A stretch of 64,000 bases of DNA from an uncultured beta proteobacterium (lineage in GTDB: Bacteria; Pseudomonadota; Gammaproteobacteria; Burkholderiales; JACQAP01), in the NCBI GenBank assembly GCA_963789945.1, contig CAWBMN010000007.1, positions 27,178 through 91,177 on the forward strand. Reading direction: 5' to 3'. How positions within the stretch are numbered: position 1 is the first letter of the stretch; each line of letters opens with the position of its first letter. Of this stretch, positions 22,105-37,818 are shown piece by piece. Below the pieces are notes generated by a model. It ran no database searches, was not told the origin of the DNA, and worked only from the letters and a program-made list of their open reading frames with translations. A program made the position numbers and the translations under genes.

Positions 22105-23369
22105 TGCAGGTGTTTCCTTATGCTGTTGATGAGGTTGTTCAGGCGTACCAGGTCGGGCGTGCGCCCCTGCGCAAGCCCGGCGTGCATTGCCCTCAGTTCG
22201 TCGATCCGGTTGCGCGGCACGCGCGGGTAACGTGCCAGCAGTTCCCAGTCAATGGCGTCTGCGCCGGAACCGGCGCCGCGCACCTCCGCGAAAAAGTGGC
22301 GCAGCAGACCCAGCGCGACCTCGCGGCCGGCCAGGCGCCTTGCGAACAGTCCGCCCACCGCGCGCACGAAGTCCACGGCACGCGGCAGCTCGGGCGGCCG
22401 AATCAGCGGGGCGATGCGGTTGCTGCGCCCAACAATATAGATGAGCCAGAAGCCGACGATGAACCACAGCGTGGCGTGCAGTCGCGCGTCGCCGAAGAAC
22501 GCACTCGGGTCGTAGACTTCGGTCAGGCCCTGATGCATGTCGTCGAAAATCACCCAGCCGTCCGCGCCCAGCGAACCGGCCACGATGTTGGCCAGCAGGC
22601 GCGCGTTGTCGCCAGCGCCGAGGGTGGCGTTGCCGAACAGGTCGGCGTAGCCGCTGATCCAGCCGGTGCCCTCGCCGATGCGCACTTGCCAGAACGCCGG
22701 AGATCGCGCCAAAGGATCGTCGAGCAATGCCAGACTGGTGCGGAATTTTTCCTTCGACTTGAGCGCCAGAGGATAGAGTAAATTCGTGCGCACCTGCACC
22801 TCTTGCACTGCCTTCAGGACCGGGTGTGGGCCGCGGGGAATCAGTCTGCGTGGCCGAGGCCGGCCATCCTTGTCGAGTTGCAACTGTGCCGTGGCTGCGT
22901 CCCCGGACTCTTCCGCCTGATCGCCTTCCGGGTCCGCGAATTCCAGGCTGAATCCGAGCGCGGCCGGCATGCCTGGTGGCTGCGCGAGGCGAAGCTGCGG
23001 CTGTGCGAAAACCTCCATGCTGCCGTCGAGCACCAGCACCGCATTGCCGCGCTCGATCCAGTCTTTCAACGCGTCGATTTCCAGTTGCCGTGCCGGCAGG
23101 GTCTGCGGCAACGTCAAAATCATGAGATTGCCGCGTTCCGGCAGGCCCGCATCTGCCGGCAGCCGGTCGTAGCGGCTGCGCAGGCTCCTGACGCGGATGC
23201 CGCTTGACTCGATCCAGGATTGCAGGCCCCGAAGCCCGCGGCTGCCACGGTCCGCGGTCGTCGGCATGGATTCCGGCGCGGTATCGGGTTCACGCGGGCC
23301 GATCAGGAGCACGAACACCAGGTACACGGCAGCCAGCGCGCCGAGCAGAGTGACGAGGCGCTCTTTCAT
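22101..23369 (-). CDS. DUF4350-like membrane protein
   Basis: Start at ATG 23369 (MKERLVTLLGALAAVYLVFVLL, a TM anchor), 422 aa. Contains an extracytoplasmic domain and a second TM (LWFIVGFWLIYIV). ATGA overlaps with both neighbours. Family call is from memory of the architecture and neighbourhood. Confidence 0.5.
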   Translation of the reverse strand: MKERLVTLLGALAAVYLVFVLLIGPREPDTAPESMPTTADRGSRGLRGLQSWIESSGIRVRSLRSRYDRLPADAGLPERGNLMILTLPQTLPARQLEIDALKDWIERGNAVLVLDGSMEVFAQPQLRLAQPPGMPAALGFSLEFADPEGDQAEESGDAATAQLQLDKDGRPRPRRLIPRGPHPVLKAVQEVQVRTNLLYPLALKSKEKFRTSLALLDDPLARSPAFWQVRIGEGTGWISGYADLFGNATLGAGDNARLLANIVAGSLGADGWVIFDDMHQGLTEVYDPSAFFGDARLHATLWFIVGFWLIYIVGRSNRIAPLIRPPELPRAVDFVRAVGGLFARRLAGREVALGLLRHFFAEVRGAGSGADAIDWELLARYPRVPRNRIDELRAMHAGLAQGRTPDLVRLNNLINSIRKHLQ

Positions 23370-24367
23370 CGGGGTGCCGCGCCGGCTGCTGGCGTGCCGA
23401 CGATGGCGTGCGCAGCCTGGTGCAGCGGCGCAAGCTGGGCCGCCACCACCAACCGGTTGCCGAACAATACCGCATCGGCCGCTGCAGCCAGCTCGGCAAA
23501 AGCTGCGGCATGAGCACGCGCCGCAGCGCCGAGCCGTGCCAGCATTTCCCTGTTGGTAAGGCTCTGGTCGTCCGGTAGCAGGCCACGCTCGATCAGTTCC
23601 TGCAGCACCAGACGCAGCAGTGCCGCCGGTTGTTGGGCGGGAGGAAGATTGGTCACGTCTTTCCAGGCGAGTTTGGCGGCACCGGCGGCGGCCGGCACGC
23701 GGCCGGCGCGTTGCATTCGGCTTCGTCGCTGCAGCCACGTCGACAGATTGGCCGTGCGCAACTCGTTGACCACGACCGCCAGCGCCAGCAGCAGTATCAC
23801 AGCCACGCTGGCGCGCAGGATGAGGTCCGCAAGCCACTCCGGGGGGTCCAGCGACTTGAGGAATTGTGTCAGCCACCGGTAGTCAGATTCTCCGCTGCCG
23901 CGCAGCTTTTGCGCCAGCCAGTCCTTGAATCGTTGCCACCAGGAAACCGGCGGCTTGGGTTCCACTTCCAGCGTGCGCGCCAGCAGTTCCGGCAGCGCCG
24001 CAAGATCGAATCGCTCTACGCCGGCAGGCGGGCTTCGAAAAGAGCCCAGCAGCGCGCGCAGGTCGCGAAGCTGGTCAGGGGTGGTTTGCAAATCGAGGGG
24101 TTGGCTCAATGAACCTGCGGCCGGCAATGCTGCAACCGACTGTGCGAGCCCGGGACAGACTTCTTCCAGAATCAGGCGCCGGTAAGGCGGTACCGGCTCG
24201 GCCCCGGCGTTGAGCGTACTGAGGCACCGATCCAAGCGCCGGCCGATTTCATCTGCGCGGGCATCGGCGTCCGCTGAAGCCCGCGCGACCGGCAGCGCCA
24301 GCGCGCTGAACAACAGGCCGAGCAGTAAGAAACAGCGGCGCGCCGCGTCAGGCCATCCGCGCCGCAA
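23366..24367 (-). CDS. DUF4129-like membrane protein
   Basis: 333 aa with a TTG start. Signal peptide (CFLLLGLLFSALALPVARA), central TM (ASVAVILLLALAVVV), and a C-terminal LPDDQSLTNREML...AADAVLFG resembling DUF4129. Confidence 0.5.
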   Translation of the reverse strand: MRRGWPDAARRCFLLLGLLFSALALPVARASADADARADEIGRRLDRCLSTLNAGAEPVPPYRRLILEEVCPGLAQSVAALPAAGSLSQPLDLQTTPDQLRDLRALLGSFRSPPAGVERFDLAALPELLARTLEVEPKPPVSWWQRFKDWLAQKLRGSGESDYRWLTQFLKSLDPPEWLADLILRASVAVILLLALAVVVNELRTANLSTWLQRRSRMQRAGRVPAAAGAAKLAWKDVTNLPPAQQPAALLRLVLQELIERGLLPDDQSLTNREMLARLGAAARAHAAAFAELAAAADAVLFGNRLVVAAQLAPLHQAAHAIVGTPAAGAAPR

Positions 24368-25112
24368 GATCGTGACCTTCCTTCCTCAATTTCAGATCGT
24401 GGTACTGCACGATCATGATCGAGTAGATCAGGGGTGCGGTGATGCCGCCGATCGCGGCTTCAACCAGGCTTACCGTAATCAATGCGTCGCTCGAGGCCTT
24501 GCCTTCCGACATGACCAGAGTGACGCCAAAAACAATCATGAGGCCGATGTATAGAATCATCACGATGACCACCGGGACGGAAACCACGGTCAGCGTGCGC
24601 CACCAGTTGCCCCAGACCAGCCGGTGGCTGCGCTTGAGCGAAGCCAGCGCCGATTCCCCGTCGAGGACGATGGCGAAAAACCCGAACGACAGGCTCAGCG
24701 ACAGGATGATGCCGGGGATGACGAGCAATATCAGGCCGCCGGCCATTGCAAGTAAGTACAGGATGGCTGCGCCGATGAGCGAGAGTACGCACTGGACGCC
24801 CCGAGCCAGCGCCTGTCCGGCGCTTGCCTCGTGCATGCCGGCCGCGGCGCCGAGCCGGTAAACAACTGCGCCGATCAGGATCATGTAGATCGGCAGCGCC
24901 ACCAGGAAGACGACCAGAACAGTCGATCCGGGTATCGGACTTTCGGTCGTTTCGGGGCCGTTCATGAGGACGTTGGCGATGTTCGGGATTGCGAGCACCA
25001 CAGCCGCCGCCAGTGACAAAGGAAAAACGCCGGCAAATGCCTTGACGAACAACTTGAAACCGCTGTCGAGTACCCTGCCTATGGTCTGCGGTTCACTCGC
25101 GAGTGCCACCAT
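24348..25112 (-). CDS. polytopic (about 6 TM) membrane protein with a C-terminal YHDLKLRKEGHDL motif
   Basis: Start taken at ATG 25112, with GGGGGA 5 nt upstream. Hydrophobic segments throughout. The C-terminal Y.DL..RKEG.DL tail recurs in a family of uncharacterised membrane domains. Confidence 0.6.
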   Translation of the reverse strand: MVALASEPQTIGRVLDSGFKLFVKAFAGVFPLSLAAAVVLAIPNIANVLMNGPETTESPIPGSTVLVVFLVALPIYMILIGAVVYRLGAAAGMHEASAGQALARGVQCVLSLIGAAILYLLAMAGGLILLVIPGIILSLSLSFGFFAIVLDGESALASLKRSHRLVWGNWWRTLTVVSVPVVIVMILYIGLMIVFGVTLVMSEGKASSDALITVSLVEAAIGGITAPLIYSIMIVQYHDLKLRKEGHDLAARMA

Positions 25113-25234
25113 GTCTGTCCCCCAAGTGTGGTTGCGACGAAATTCCACGGCCCGAACGAACGTCCGCGGCCGCTCCCGCCGTCATGGCGGATGCCCGTTC
25201 CGGAAAGCGACCGGCATTCGCCGGATTCGCAGTT

Positions 25235-25666
25235 TCAGGATTTGTTCCGGTTCGGACAGTCGGCCTTGATGCAGTCGGCATACAACTGCAACGAATGCTC
25301 GTGGATGGTGAAGCCGCGGTCCTTGGCGATCCTGACCTGGCGACGCTCGATTTCCGGATCGTAGAACTCCTCGACCTGTCCGCATTGGATGCAGACCAGG
25401 TGATCGTGGTGGCCGCCCTGGTTGAGTTCGAATACCGCCTTGCCGGATTCGAAATGGTGGCGGATCAGGATGCCCGCCTGCTCGAACTGGGTGAGCACCC
25501 GGTAGATGGTTGCCAATCCGATCTCCATGCCTTCCTTCATCAGCATCTTGTAGACGTCCTCGGCGGTGAGGTGGCGCACGTCGCTGTTCTCGAACAGGTC
25601 GAGAATCTTCAGGCGGGGTAGTGTGGCCTTCAGTCCGATGTTCTTGAGATCGTGCGGTGTGGTCAT
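25235..25666 (-). CDS. fur: ferric uptake regulator
   Basis: Start at ATG 25666, 143 aa. [15 protein letters not shown]...LSAEDVY-type HTH, HHDHLVC..CG and EF.D metal sites. Confidence 0.9.
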   Translation of the reverse strand: MTTPHDLKNIGLKATLPRLKILDLFENSDVRHLTAEDVYKMLMKEGMEIGLATIYRVLTQFEQAGILIRHHFESGKAVFELNQGGHHDHLVCIQCGQVEEFYDPEIERRQVRIAKDRGFTIHEHSLQLYADCIKADCPNRNKS

Positions 25667-25687
25667 GACAGGACTGACAGGAAAGGG

Positions 25688-25706
25688 TTGGTGAATTATC
25701 ATAGCG
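25688..25706 (-). promoter_or_regulatory. weak Fur-box-like site upstream of fur
   Basis: Minus-strand GCTATGATAATTCACCAAC contains ATGATAAT, the core of GATAATGATAATCATTATC. Only about 10/19 bases match. Confidence 0.3.
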
Positions 25707-25769
25707 GCTTTCAAACCACTTGGATACCGCGTCCGGACGCCGTTGCCGCCGGATGACGCTGCTCACTTC

Positions 25770-26959
<1,190 letters not shown>

Positions 26960-26975
26960 GCATGTTGGCGCCGCG

Positions 26976-27004
26976 TTGAACCGCGCCGTGCCTTCCTCTA
27001 TAAT
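26976..27004 (+). promoter_or_regulatory. sigma-70 promoter of carAB
   Basis: TTGAAC (26976-26981), 17-nt spacer, TATAAT (26999-27004). Confidence 0.55.
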
Positions 27005-27018
27005 GCGCGCTCACAATG

Positions 27019-27050
27019 AAAGCGGGAGGGGCGTGTGCCTCTCCCGCTTT
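27019..27050 (+). promoter_or_regulatory. strong leader hairpin at the 5' end of the carA transcript
   Basis: AAGCGGGAGGGG - cgtgtg - CCTCTCCCGCTT is a 12-bp stem including one G:T, followed only by TTTCC. It starts about 10 nt after the predicted TSS. Confidence 0.4.
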
Positions 27051-27096
27051 CCATATGTAGAGTACCCTTCCAACCCGCGCTTCCCGGGAGTCCTAC

Positions 27097-28236
27097 TTGC
27101 CTGCGCCCGACCGTCAGCCTGCCGTCCTAGTGCTCGCCGACGGCACGATTTTCCGGGGCATTTCCATTGGTGCGCAGACACACACCGCCGGCGAGGTCGT
27201 GTTCAACACCGCAATCACCGGCTACCAGGAAATCCTCACCGATCCGTCCTATTGCCGGCAGATCGTCACCCTGACGTATCCGCACATCGGCAACGTCGGT
27301 GTCAATCCGGAAGACATTGAATCCGCCAAGGTCTTTGTCGCGGGGCTGGTGATTCGCGACCTGCCGGTGCTTGCCAGCAACTTCCGCCGCACACAGGACC
27401 TGTCCGACTATCTCAAGGCGCAGGGCATCGCGGCGATCGCCGGCATCGATACCCGCAAGCTCACCCGCATCCTGCGTGAGAAAGGTGCGCAAAACGGTTG
27501 CCTGATGGGCGGCCGGGTAGACGAGGCGTTGGCGCTGAAGGAAGCGCGCGCCTTTCCCGGGTTGGCCGGCATGGACCTGGCGAAAGTGGTGAGTTGCTCC
27601 AAATCCTACGAATGGAACCAGACCGACTGGGCGCTGGGCAAAGGTTACGGCTCCCGGCCCGCGCAGACATATCACGTCGTGGCGTACGACTACGGCATCA
27701 AGTACAACATTCTGCGCAAACTCGCCGGCCGCGGCTGCCGCCTGACCGTACTGCCGGCACAGGCGTCCGCGGAACAGGCGATGGCACTCAATCCCGACGG
27801 AATTTTTCTGTCCAACGGTCCGGGCGATCCCGAGCCCTGCGATTACGCCATCAAGGCCATTCGCAAGGTTCTCGACGCCGGCGTGCCGACGTTCGGCATC
27901 TGCCTCGGCCACCAGTTGCTCGGACTGGCCAGCGGTGCAAGGACCGTCAAGATGAAATTCGGTCATCACGGTGCCAACCATCCGGTGCAGGACCTCGACA
28001 GCGGACGGGTGATGATTACCAGCCAGAATCACGGCTTCGCAGTGGACGCCGGGACGCTGCCGGCTAACATCAGGGTGACGCACGTATCGCTGTTTGACGG
28101 CAGCCTGCAGGGATTCGAGCGCACCGACAAGCCGGCGTTCTGCTTCCAGGGCCATCCCGAAGCCAGCCCCGGTCCGCACGACGTCGACTACCTGTTCGAC
28201 CGCTTCATCGGCCTGATGCAAAAGCGGCACAGGTAG
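27097..28236 (+). CDS. carA: carbamoyl-phosphate synthase small (glutaminase) subunit
   Basis: 379 aa with a TTG start. [12 protein letters not shown], and the GATase triad region GICLGHQLL...HGANHPV. Confidence 0.95.
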   Translation: MPAPDRQPAVLVLADGTIFRGISIGAQTHTAGEVVFNTAITGYQEILTDPSYCRQIVTLTYPHIGNVGVNPEDIESAKVFVAGLVIRDLPVLASNFRRTQDLSDYLKAQGIAAIAGIDTRKLTRILREKGAQNGCLMGGRVDEALALKEARAFPGLAGMDLAKVVSCSKSYEWNQTDWALGKGYGSRPAQTYHVVAYDYGIKYNILRKLAGRGCRLTVLPAQASAEQAMALNPDGIFLSNGPGDPEPCDYAIKAIRKVLDAGVPTFGICLGHQLLGLASGARTVKMKFGHHGANHPVQDLDSGRVMITSQNHGFAVDAGTLPANIRVTHVSLFDGSLQGFERTDKPAFCFQGHPEASPGPHDVDYLFDRFIGLMQKRHR

Positions 28237-28237
28237 A

Positions 28238-28427
28238 TTTCACCACAGAGATTCACTTCTATACCCCCTTGAGGGGTACACCGAGACACAGAGGAAACCT
28301 GGAGAGACAAATTAGAGCCGTGAGAAATGAAGAAATCGAGATCGGGAAACGCGCGCATTTGCAGGTGTCTTGTTTTCCGATTCTTACGATTTTCTCCGTA
28401 CCTCTGTGTCTCTGTGGTTGATTCACA
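28238..28427. repeat. IR4: about 190-nt long imperfect palindrome (CACAGAG family) filling the carA-carB spacer
   Basis: Outer arms CACCACAGAGATTCAC / ACACCGAGACACAGAGG (left) pair with CCTCTGTGTCTCTGTGGTTGATTCAC (right). Inner arms GAGAAATGAAGAAATCGAGATCGGGAAAC pair with GTTTTCCGATTCTTACGATTTTCTC. It ends 1 nt before the carB ATG. Confidence 0.7.
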
Positions 28428-31634
<3,207 letters not shown>

Positions 31635-31717
31635 GCCGGCGATCCGGCACAAACGCAGCCAGCCGAACAATAATCGGCGGCACCCGCGCCCCACAGCCAC
31701 TAAAGAGGTATTGAAAG

Positions 31718-32194
31718 ATGAGCAAGATTCCGCTGACCGTCAAAGGCGCCGAATTGATGCGTGCCGAGTTGCACCAGCTCAAGACCGTGGAGCGGCCGAA
31801 AGTGATCGCCTCGATCCAGGAAGCGCGAACCCACGGGGACCTGTCGGAGAACGCCGAGTATGATGCCGCGAAGGAAAGGCAGAGCTTCATCGAAGGCCGC
31901 ATCGTCGAACTGGAGGGCAAGCTCGCCAATGCGCAGATCATCGATCCGGCGCACGTCGATGCCGACGGCCGCTGCGTATTCGGCGCCACCGTGGAGCTGG
32001 AAGAGGTGGGCAGCGGCGAACCCGTGACCTACCAGATCGTCGGCGATGACGAAGCCGACATCAAGAGCGGAAAGATCTCGATCAGCTCCCCGATCGCGCG
32101 TGCGCTGATCGGTAAGTACTCCGGCGACGTCGCGGAAGTCAAGGCGCCCGGCGGCATCAAGGAGTACGAGATCCTGGACGTCAAATATCTTTGA
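31718..32194 (+). CDS. greA: transcription elongation factor GreA
   Basis: 158 aa. [16 protein letters not shown]......P.V...[19 protein letters not shown] and [14 protein letters not shown]. Confidence 0.95.
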   Translation: MSKIPLTVKGAELMRAELHQLKTVERPKVIASIQEARTHGDLSENAEYDAAKERQSFIEGRIVELEGKLANAQIIDPAHVDADGRCVFGATVELEEVGSGEPVTYQIVGDDEADIKSGKISISSPIARALIGKYSGDVAEVKAPGGIKEYEILDVKYL

Positions 32195-32199
32195 AGATA

Positions 32200-32335
32200 T
32201 TCACCATAGAGACACCGAGGCACAGAGAATTACGCATGAACAGACTAAACCGGATCAAACACTACCGATTCCAGACCTTTGAGAGTCATTCAGTATTCCG
32301 GTCTTCTCTGTGCTTCGGTGTCTCTGTGGTTAGTC
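32200..32335. repeat. IR5: CACAGAG-family inverted repeat in the greA 3' region
   Basis: ACCATAGAGACACCGAGGCACAGAGAA (32203-32229) pairs with TTCTCTGTGCTTCGGTGTCTCTGTGGT (32304-32330). This gives 27 bp: 25 Watson-Crick plus 2 G:T. Spacer 74 nt. Confidence 0.85.
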
Positions 32336-32367
32336 CGGTACGAGCAGATTCACGCAAACGGACTCCA

Positions 32368-32721
32368 TCAGGGACGATTCTGAAAACTGCGCTTGAGCGC
32401 ACGGCGCGGTTTTCTTTTCGGCTTGGCCCGGGGCTTCGAGTCCGATTCGGGACGCTGGCGGTAAATCACCAGGACCTTGCCGATATGCTGGACTGCGGCC
32501 GCATCGAGATTCTCACAAACCCGGCGCAGGATATCCGACCTGGCGTCGCGGTCTTCGCCGGCGGCCCGGACCTTGATCAGTTCATGCGCGTTGAGGCTGC
32601 GGTCGATTTCCGTGAGCACCGCCGCAGTGAGCCCGCCATCGCCGATCAGGACCACGGGATCGAGGGCGTGAGCGCGGGCCTGTAGCGCGCGGCGCTCTCC
32701 GGGGGTCAATTGATTTGCCAA
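32368..32721 (-). CDS. yhbY: RNA-binding protein YhbY (CRS1/YhbY domain) with a basic C-terminal tail
   Basis: Start taken at TTG 32721, with GGAGG 5 nt upstream. LTPGERRALQARAHALDPVVLIGDGGLT..V..EI...L..HELIKV. Confidence 0.75.
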   Translation of the reverse strand: MANQLTPGERRALQARAHALDPVVLIGDGGLTAAVLTEIDRSLNAHELIKVRAAGEDRDARSDILRRVCENLDAAAVQHIGKVLVIYRQRPESDSKPRAKPKRKPRRALKRSFQNRP

Positions 32722-32752
32722 GAAATCCTCCGTAAAAAGGAAATTGTAGGCA

Positions 32753-33379
32753 ATGGCACGAACCAAGACCAGCAAAGCCTGGATGCGCGAGCATGTCACC
32801 GACCCCTACGTGCGGCGCGCGAAGCAGGAGGGTTACCGCTCGCGCTCGGCCTATAAACTGATCGAGGTGCTGGAGAAGGACAAACTGGTCCGCCCGGGAA
32901 TGACTGTGGTGGATCTCGGCGCCGCACCCGGCGGATGGTCGCAGGTGCTGGCTCCGCTGGTTGGCAGCGTTGGGCGTGTGATTGCGCTCGATGTGCTGGA
33001 AATGGCGCCGGTCGAGGGGGTGGCTTTCATTTGTGGCGATTTCTCCGAGACCACGACTCTGGAACGGCTGGAAAAGGAACTGGCTGGCCGTCGCATCGAC
33101 CTTGTGATTTCAGATATGGCGCCCAATATCAGCGGTGTCAGCCTCGTGGACCAGGCCCGTTCGGTCGGGTTAGCCGAACTGGCACTGGAATTTGCCCGCG
33201 ACAGGCTGAAACCAGGCGGCAGCTTTCTGGTCAAAATGTTCCAGGGTTCGGGGATTGACGAATTCAGAAAGCAGCTCGCCGAGTCATTTACGACGGTCGC
33301 GGTGCGCAAGCCGAAGGCATCACGCGACCGATCCAGCGAGTTATATCTGCTGGCCAAGGGAAGACGCTCCACCGTGTGA
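32753..33379 (+). CDS. rlmE: 23S rRNA (uridine2552-2'-O)-methyltransferase
   Basis: 208 aa. [26 protein letters not shown] site [14 protein letters not shown], and [10 protein letters not shown]. Confidence 0.9.
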   Translation: MARTKTSKAWMREHVTDPYVRRAKQEGYRSRSAYKLIEVLEKDKLVRPGMTVVDLGAAPGGWSQVLAPLVGSVGRVIALDVLEMAPVEGVAFICGDFSETTTLERLEKELAGRRIDLVISDMAPNISGVSLVDQARSVGLAELALEFARDRLKPGGSFLVKMFQGSGIDEFRKQLAESFTTVAVRKPKASRDRSSELYLLAKGRRSTV

Positions 33380-33463
33380 AATGCGGCAGCGGCGAGCACG
33401 GTCAAATGGGTTTAGAATGAGCCACGAAATTCGCGGTTTGTCACTGCGGTACTGAAGGAGCAC

Positions 33464-35356
<1,893 letters not shown>

Positions 35357-35361
35357 GAAAC

Positions 35362-35507
35362 CCGTGAGGGGTCAGGAGAGAGGGGTGAGGGGTCGAATCC
35401 TCACCCTTTTCGTTTCTTGAATTCGCGGTTGAACGTTGAGAATCTTCGCAACTTGGCCAGCGGGAACGTGATGGCACATCCTCACTCCTCACCCCTCACC
35501 CCTCGCG
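35362..35507. repeat. IR6: GGGGTGA-type inverted repeat spanning the ftsH-folP junction
   Basis: 5' arm CGTGAGGGGTCAGGAGAGAGGGGTGAGGGG (35363-35392). 3' arm CCTCACTCCTCACCCCTCACCCCTCGCG (35480-35507), which lies inside the first codons of folP. Confidence 0.65.
35382..35415 (+). terminator. intrinsic terminator-like hairpin after ftsH, formed from part of the IR6 5' arm
   Basis: GGGTGAGG (35383-35390) - ggtcgaat - CCTCACCC (35399-35406), followed by TTTTCGTTTCTT. Confidence 0.55.
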
Positions 35508-36346
35508 CCGTTCTGCAGCTTGGCCGCTTCTCGCTGAGGCTGGAGCACCCGCTGATCATGGGGGTGGTGAACGTCACGCCGGATTCGTTTTCCGATGGTG
35601 GTCGTTTCTTCGGTACGCAGCAGGCACTGGAACACGCGCGGGTCCTGATCGAGGAAGGCGCCGACATTCTCGACATCGGCGGGGAGTCCTCGCGGCCGGG
35701 TGCGGAGCCGGTGGGCCTCGACGAGGAATTGCGGCGGGTGATGCCGGTGCTGGAACAACTCGCGCCAGGTCCGGTACCGGTATCGGTCGACACCTGCAAG
35801 CCGGAGGTAATGCGCCACGCGATAGCGGCCGGGGCGGCGATGGTGAACGATATCAACGCGTTGCGCGAACCGGGGGCGCTCGAGGCGGTGGCGCAAAGTC
35901 AGGCTGCGGTGTGCCTGATGCACATGCAGGGTGAGCCGCGCTCGATGCAGCGCGACCCGAAATATGAAGACGTGGTGGCAGAGGTTACGATGTTTCTCGC
36001 GCAACGCGTTGACGCTGCGCAGCAGGCGGGTATTGCACGCGAGCGCATCGTCATCGACCCCGGCTTCGGCTTCGGCAAGAATACCGCTCACAACCTCGGA
36101 CTGCTGAGGGGCCTGCACAAAATTGCCGGTCTCGGACAGCCGGTGCTGGTCGGACTGTCGCGCAAATCGCTATTCGGTAAAATCACCGGCAAACCGGTAG
36201 CGGACCGTGTTTCCGCGAGCGTGGCCGCGGCGCTGCTTGCGGTCGAGCGCGGCGCCGCACTGGTTCGCGTGCACGACGTGGCGGCGACCCGCGATGCGCT
36301 GCTGGTGCTCAACGCAATCGAAGGACATTCCCTTGCCAAAAGCTAG
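35471..36346 (+). CDS. folP: dihydropteroate synthase
   Basis: [27 protein letters not shown] and ALVRVHDV. The start is ambiguous (ATG 35471, or TTG 35417 in the ORF track). Confidence 0.9.
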   Translation: MAHPHSSPLTPRAVLQLGRFSLRLEHPLIMGVVNVTPDSFSDGGRFFGTQQALEHARVLIEEGADILDIGGESSRPGAEPVGLDEELRRVMPVLEQLAPGPVPVSVDTCKPEVMRHAIAAGAAMVNDINALREPGALEAVAQSQAAVCLMHMQGEPRSMQRDPKYEDVVAEVTMFLAQRVDAAQQAGIARERIVIDPGFGFGKNTAHNLGLLRGLHKIAGLGQPVLVGLSRKSLFGKITGKPVADRVSASVAAALLAVERGAALVRVHDVAATRDALLVLNAIEGHSLAKS

Positions 36347-37703
36347 AAAGTACTTCGGAACCGACGGCGTGCGCGGGCGCGTGGGGGAGCTGCCGATCAC
36401 GCCCGAGCTGGTGATGCATCTGGGCTATGCAGCCGGCAAGGTGCTTACGGCGGAACATGAGTTGCCTTCGGGCGAGCACGCGGCAGTGCTGATCGGCAAG
36501 GACACGCGCATCTCCGGTTATATGCTTGAATCGGCCCTGCAGGCAGGGCTGTCGGCCGCAGGCGTGGACATTTACCTTTCGGGGCCTATGCCGACCCCGG
36601 CGGTCGCCTATCTCACCCGCGCCCTGAGGCTGCAGGCCGGCATCGTCATCTCCGCCTCGCACAATCCCTTCGAAGACAACGGCATCAAGTTCTTCTCCGC
36701 CGATGGCAACAAGCTTCCGGACTCGGTCGAGCATGCGATCGAAGCGCGCTTGGATGCGCCGCTGGAAACCATGCCTTCGGCGCAACTGGGCAAGGCGCGG
36801 CGTATCGACGACGCGGCCGGCCGTTACATCGAGTTCTGCAAGAGCACGTTTCCGAATGATCTCGATCTGCGCGGCTTGAGGCTGCTGGTGGACTGCGCAC
36901 ATGGCGCGACCTATCACATCGCCGCGCACGTTTTTCACGAGCTTGGCGCGGATGTAACCTCGATAGGCAATCACCCGGACGGACTGAACATCAACCGCGA
37001 TTGCGGCGCGACGCACCCGCAAGCGCTGGTGGCAGCGGTCAAGGCAAACCGTGCACACCTCGGGATCGCGTTCGACGGCGACGGCGACCGGCTGGTGATG
37101 GCGGACCACTCGGGCAGGCTTTACGACGGCGACCAGTTGCTCTATGTGATCGCGCGCTTCCACCACGAGCGGGGGACGCTCAAAGGCGGCGTAGTCGGCA
37201 CGCTGATGACCAATCTGGGAATGGAACAGGCGCTGGCCGGGCTTGGCGTGCCTTTCGCGCGCGCGCCAGTGGGCGATCGCTATGTGCTGGAACAGCTGAT
37301 CGAGAACGACTGGCAGCTTGGCGGCGAAAATTCCGGTCACATCATCTGCCTCGACAAGCACACCACGGGCGACGGCATCGTCTCCGCCCTGCAGGTGCTG
37401 CATGCGCTGCGCGCCGAAGGCAAGCCGCTGGCCGACCTGTGTGGGGACATGCGCATGTACCCGCAGGTCCTGGTGAACGTGAAAGTGCGCAAGGGCTTCG
37501 ACTTGCAGGCAAATGAGGAGGTACAGGCGGCGCTTAGGGCCACCGAAGCCCGGCTCAAGGGAACCGGCCGCGTGCTGTTGCGCGCTTCGGGAACCGAGCC
37601 GGTGATCCGGGTCATGATCGAAGGCGAAGGGCGCAGGGACATTACGCGGCTCGCCGATGCGCTTGCCGAAACCATCCGGACACAGGCCCACGTTCCTGCC
37701 TGA
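36333..37703 (+). CDS. glmM: phosphoglucosamine mutase
   Basis: Start taken at TTG 36333 ([15 protein letters not shown]) with GAAGGA upstream; it overlaps the folP stop. Active-site [14 protein letters not shown]. Confidence 0.9.
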   Translation: MPKARKYFGTDGVRGRVGELPITPELVMHLGYAAGKVLTAEHELPSGEHAAVLIGKDTRISGYMLESALQAGLSAAGVDIYLSGPMPTPAVAYLTRALRLQAGIVISASHNPFEDNGIKFFSADGNKLPDSVEHAIEARLDAPLETMPSAQLGKARRIDDAAGRYIEFCKSTFPNDLDLRGLRLLVDCAHGATYHIAAHVFHELGADVTSIGNHPDGLNINRDCGATHPQALVAAVKANRAHLGIAFDGDGDRLVMADHSGRLYDGDQLLYVIARFHHERGTLKGGVVGTLMTNLGMEQALAGLGVPFARAPVGDRYVLEQLIENDWQLGGENSGHIICLDKHTTGDGIVSALQVLHALRAEGKPLADLCGDMRMYPQVLVNVKVRKGFDLQANEEVQAALRATEARLKGTGRVLLRASGTEPVIRVMIEGEGRRDITRLADALAETIRTQAHVPA

Positions 37704-37749
37704 ATCCCGGCAGGCTCGCGCGGGCGCAGCAAAGGGCCGTGCAATCAAA

Positions 37750-37771
37750 CTGTCACAATGCGGCCATACAA
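37750..37771 (+). promoter_or_regulatory. possible Pho box upstream of pstS
   Basis: CTGTCAC-aatg-CGGCCAT-acaa has 11-bp phasing. The first half-site matches CTGTCAT 6/7; the second is poor. Confidence 0.3.
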
Positions 37772-37818
37772 TCTCCGTGTTGGCTCGCAAAATTCCACAA
37801 TGACAGGAGATTGACCTC

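Noticed and set aside
22101-23876. Long N-terminal extensions offered by the ORF track: DUF4350-like to 23876, grpE to 12720, lpxH to 3618, nuoN from 56679, nuoJ from 51945, nuoC from 43917, the GGDEF-EAL protein to 60913, and others.
   Set aside because: The extensions overlap the upstream gene or translate repeat arms, and they are compositionally aberrant. Internal starts give canonical N-termini, normal lengths and, in several cases, ATGA/GTGA coupling.
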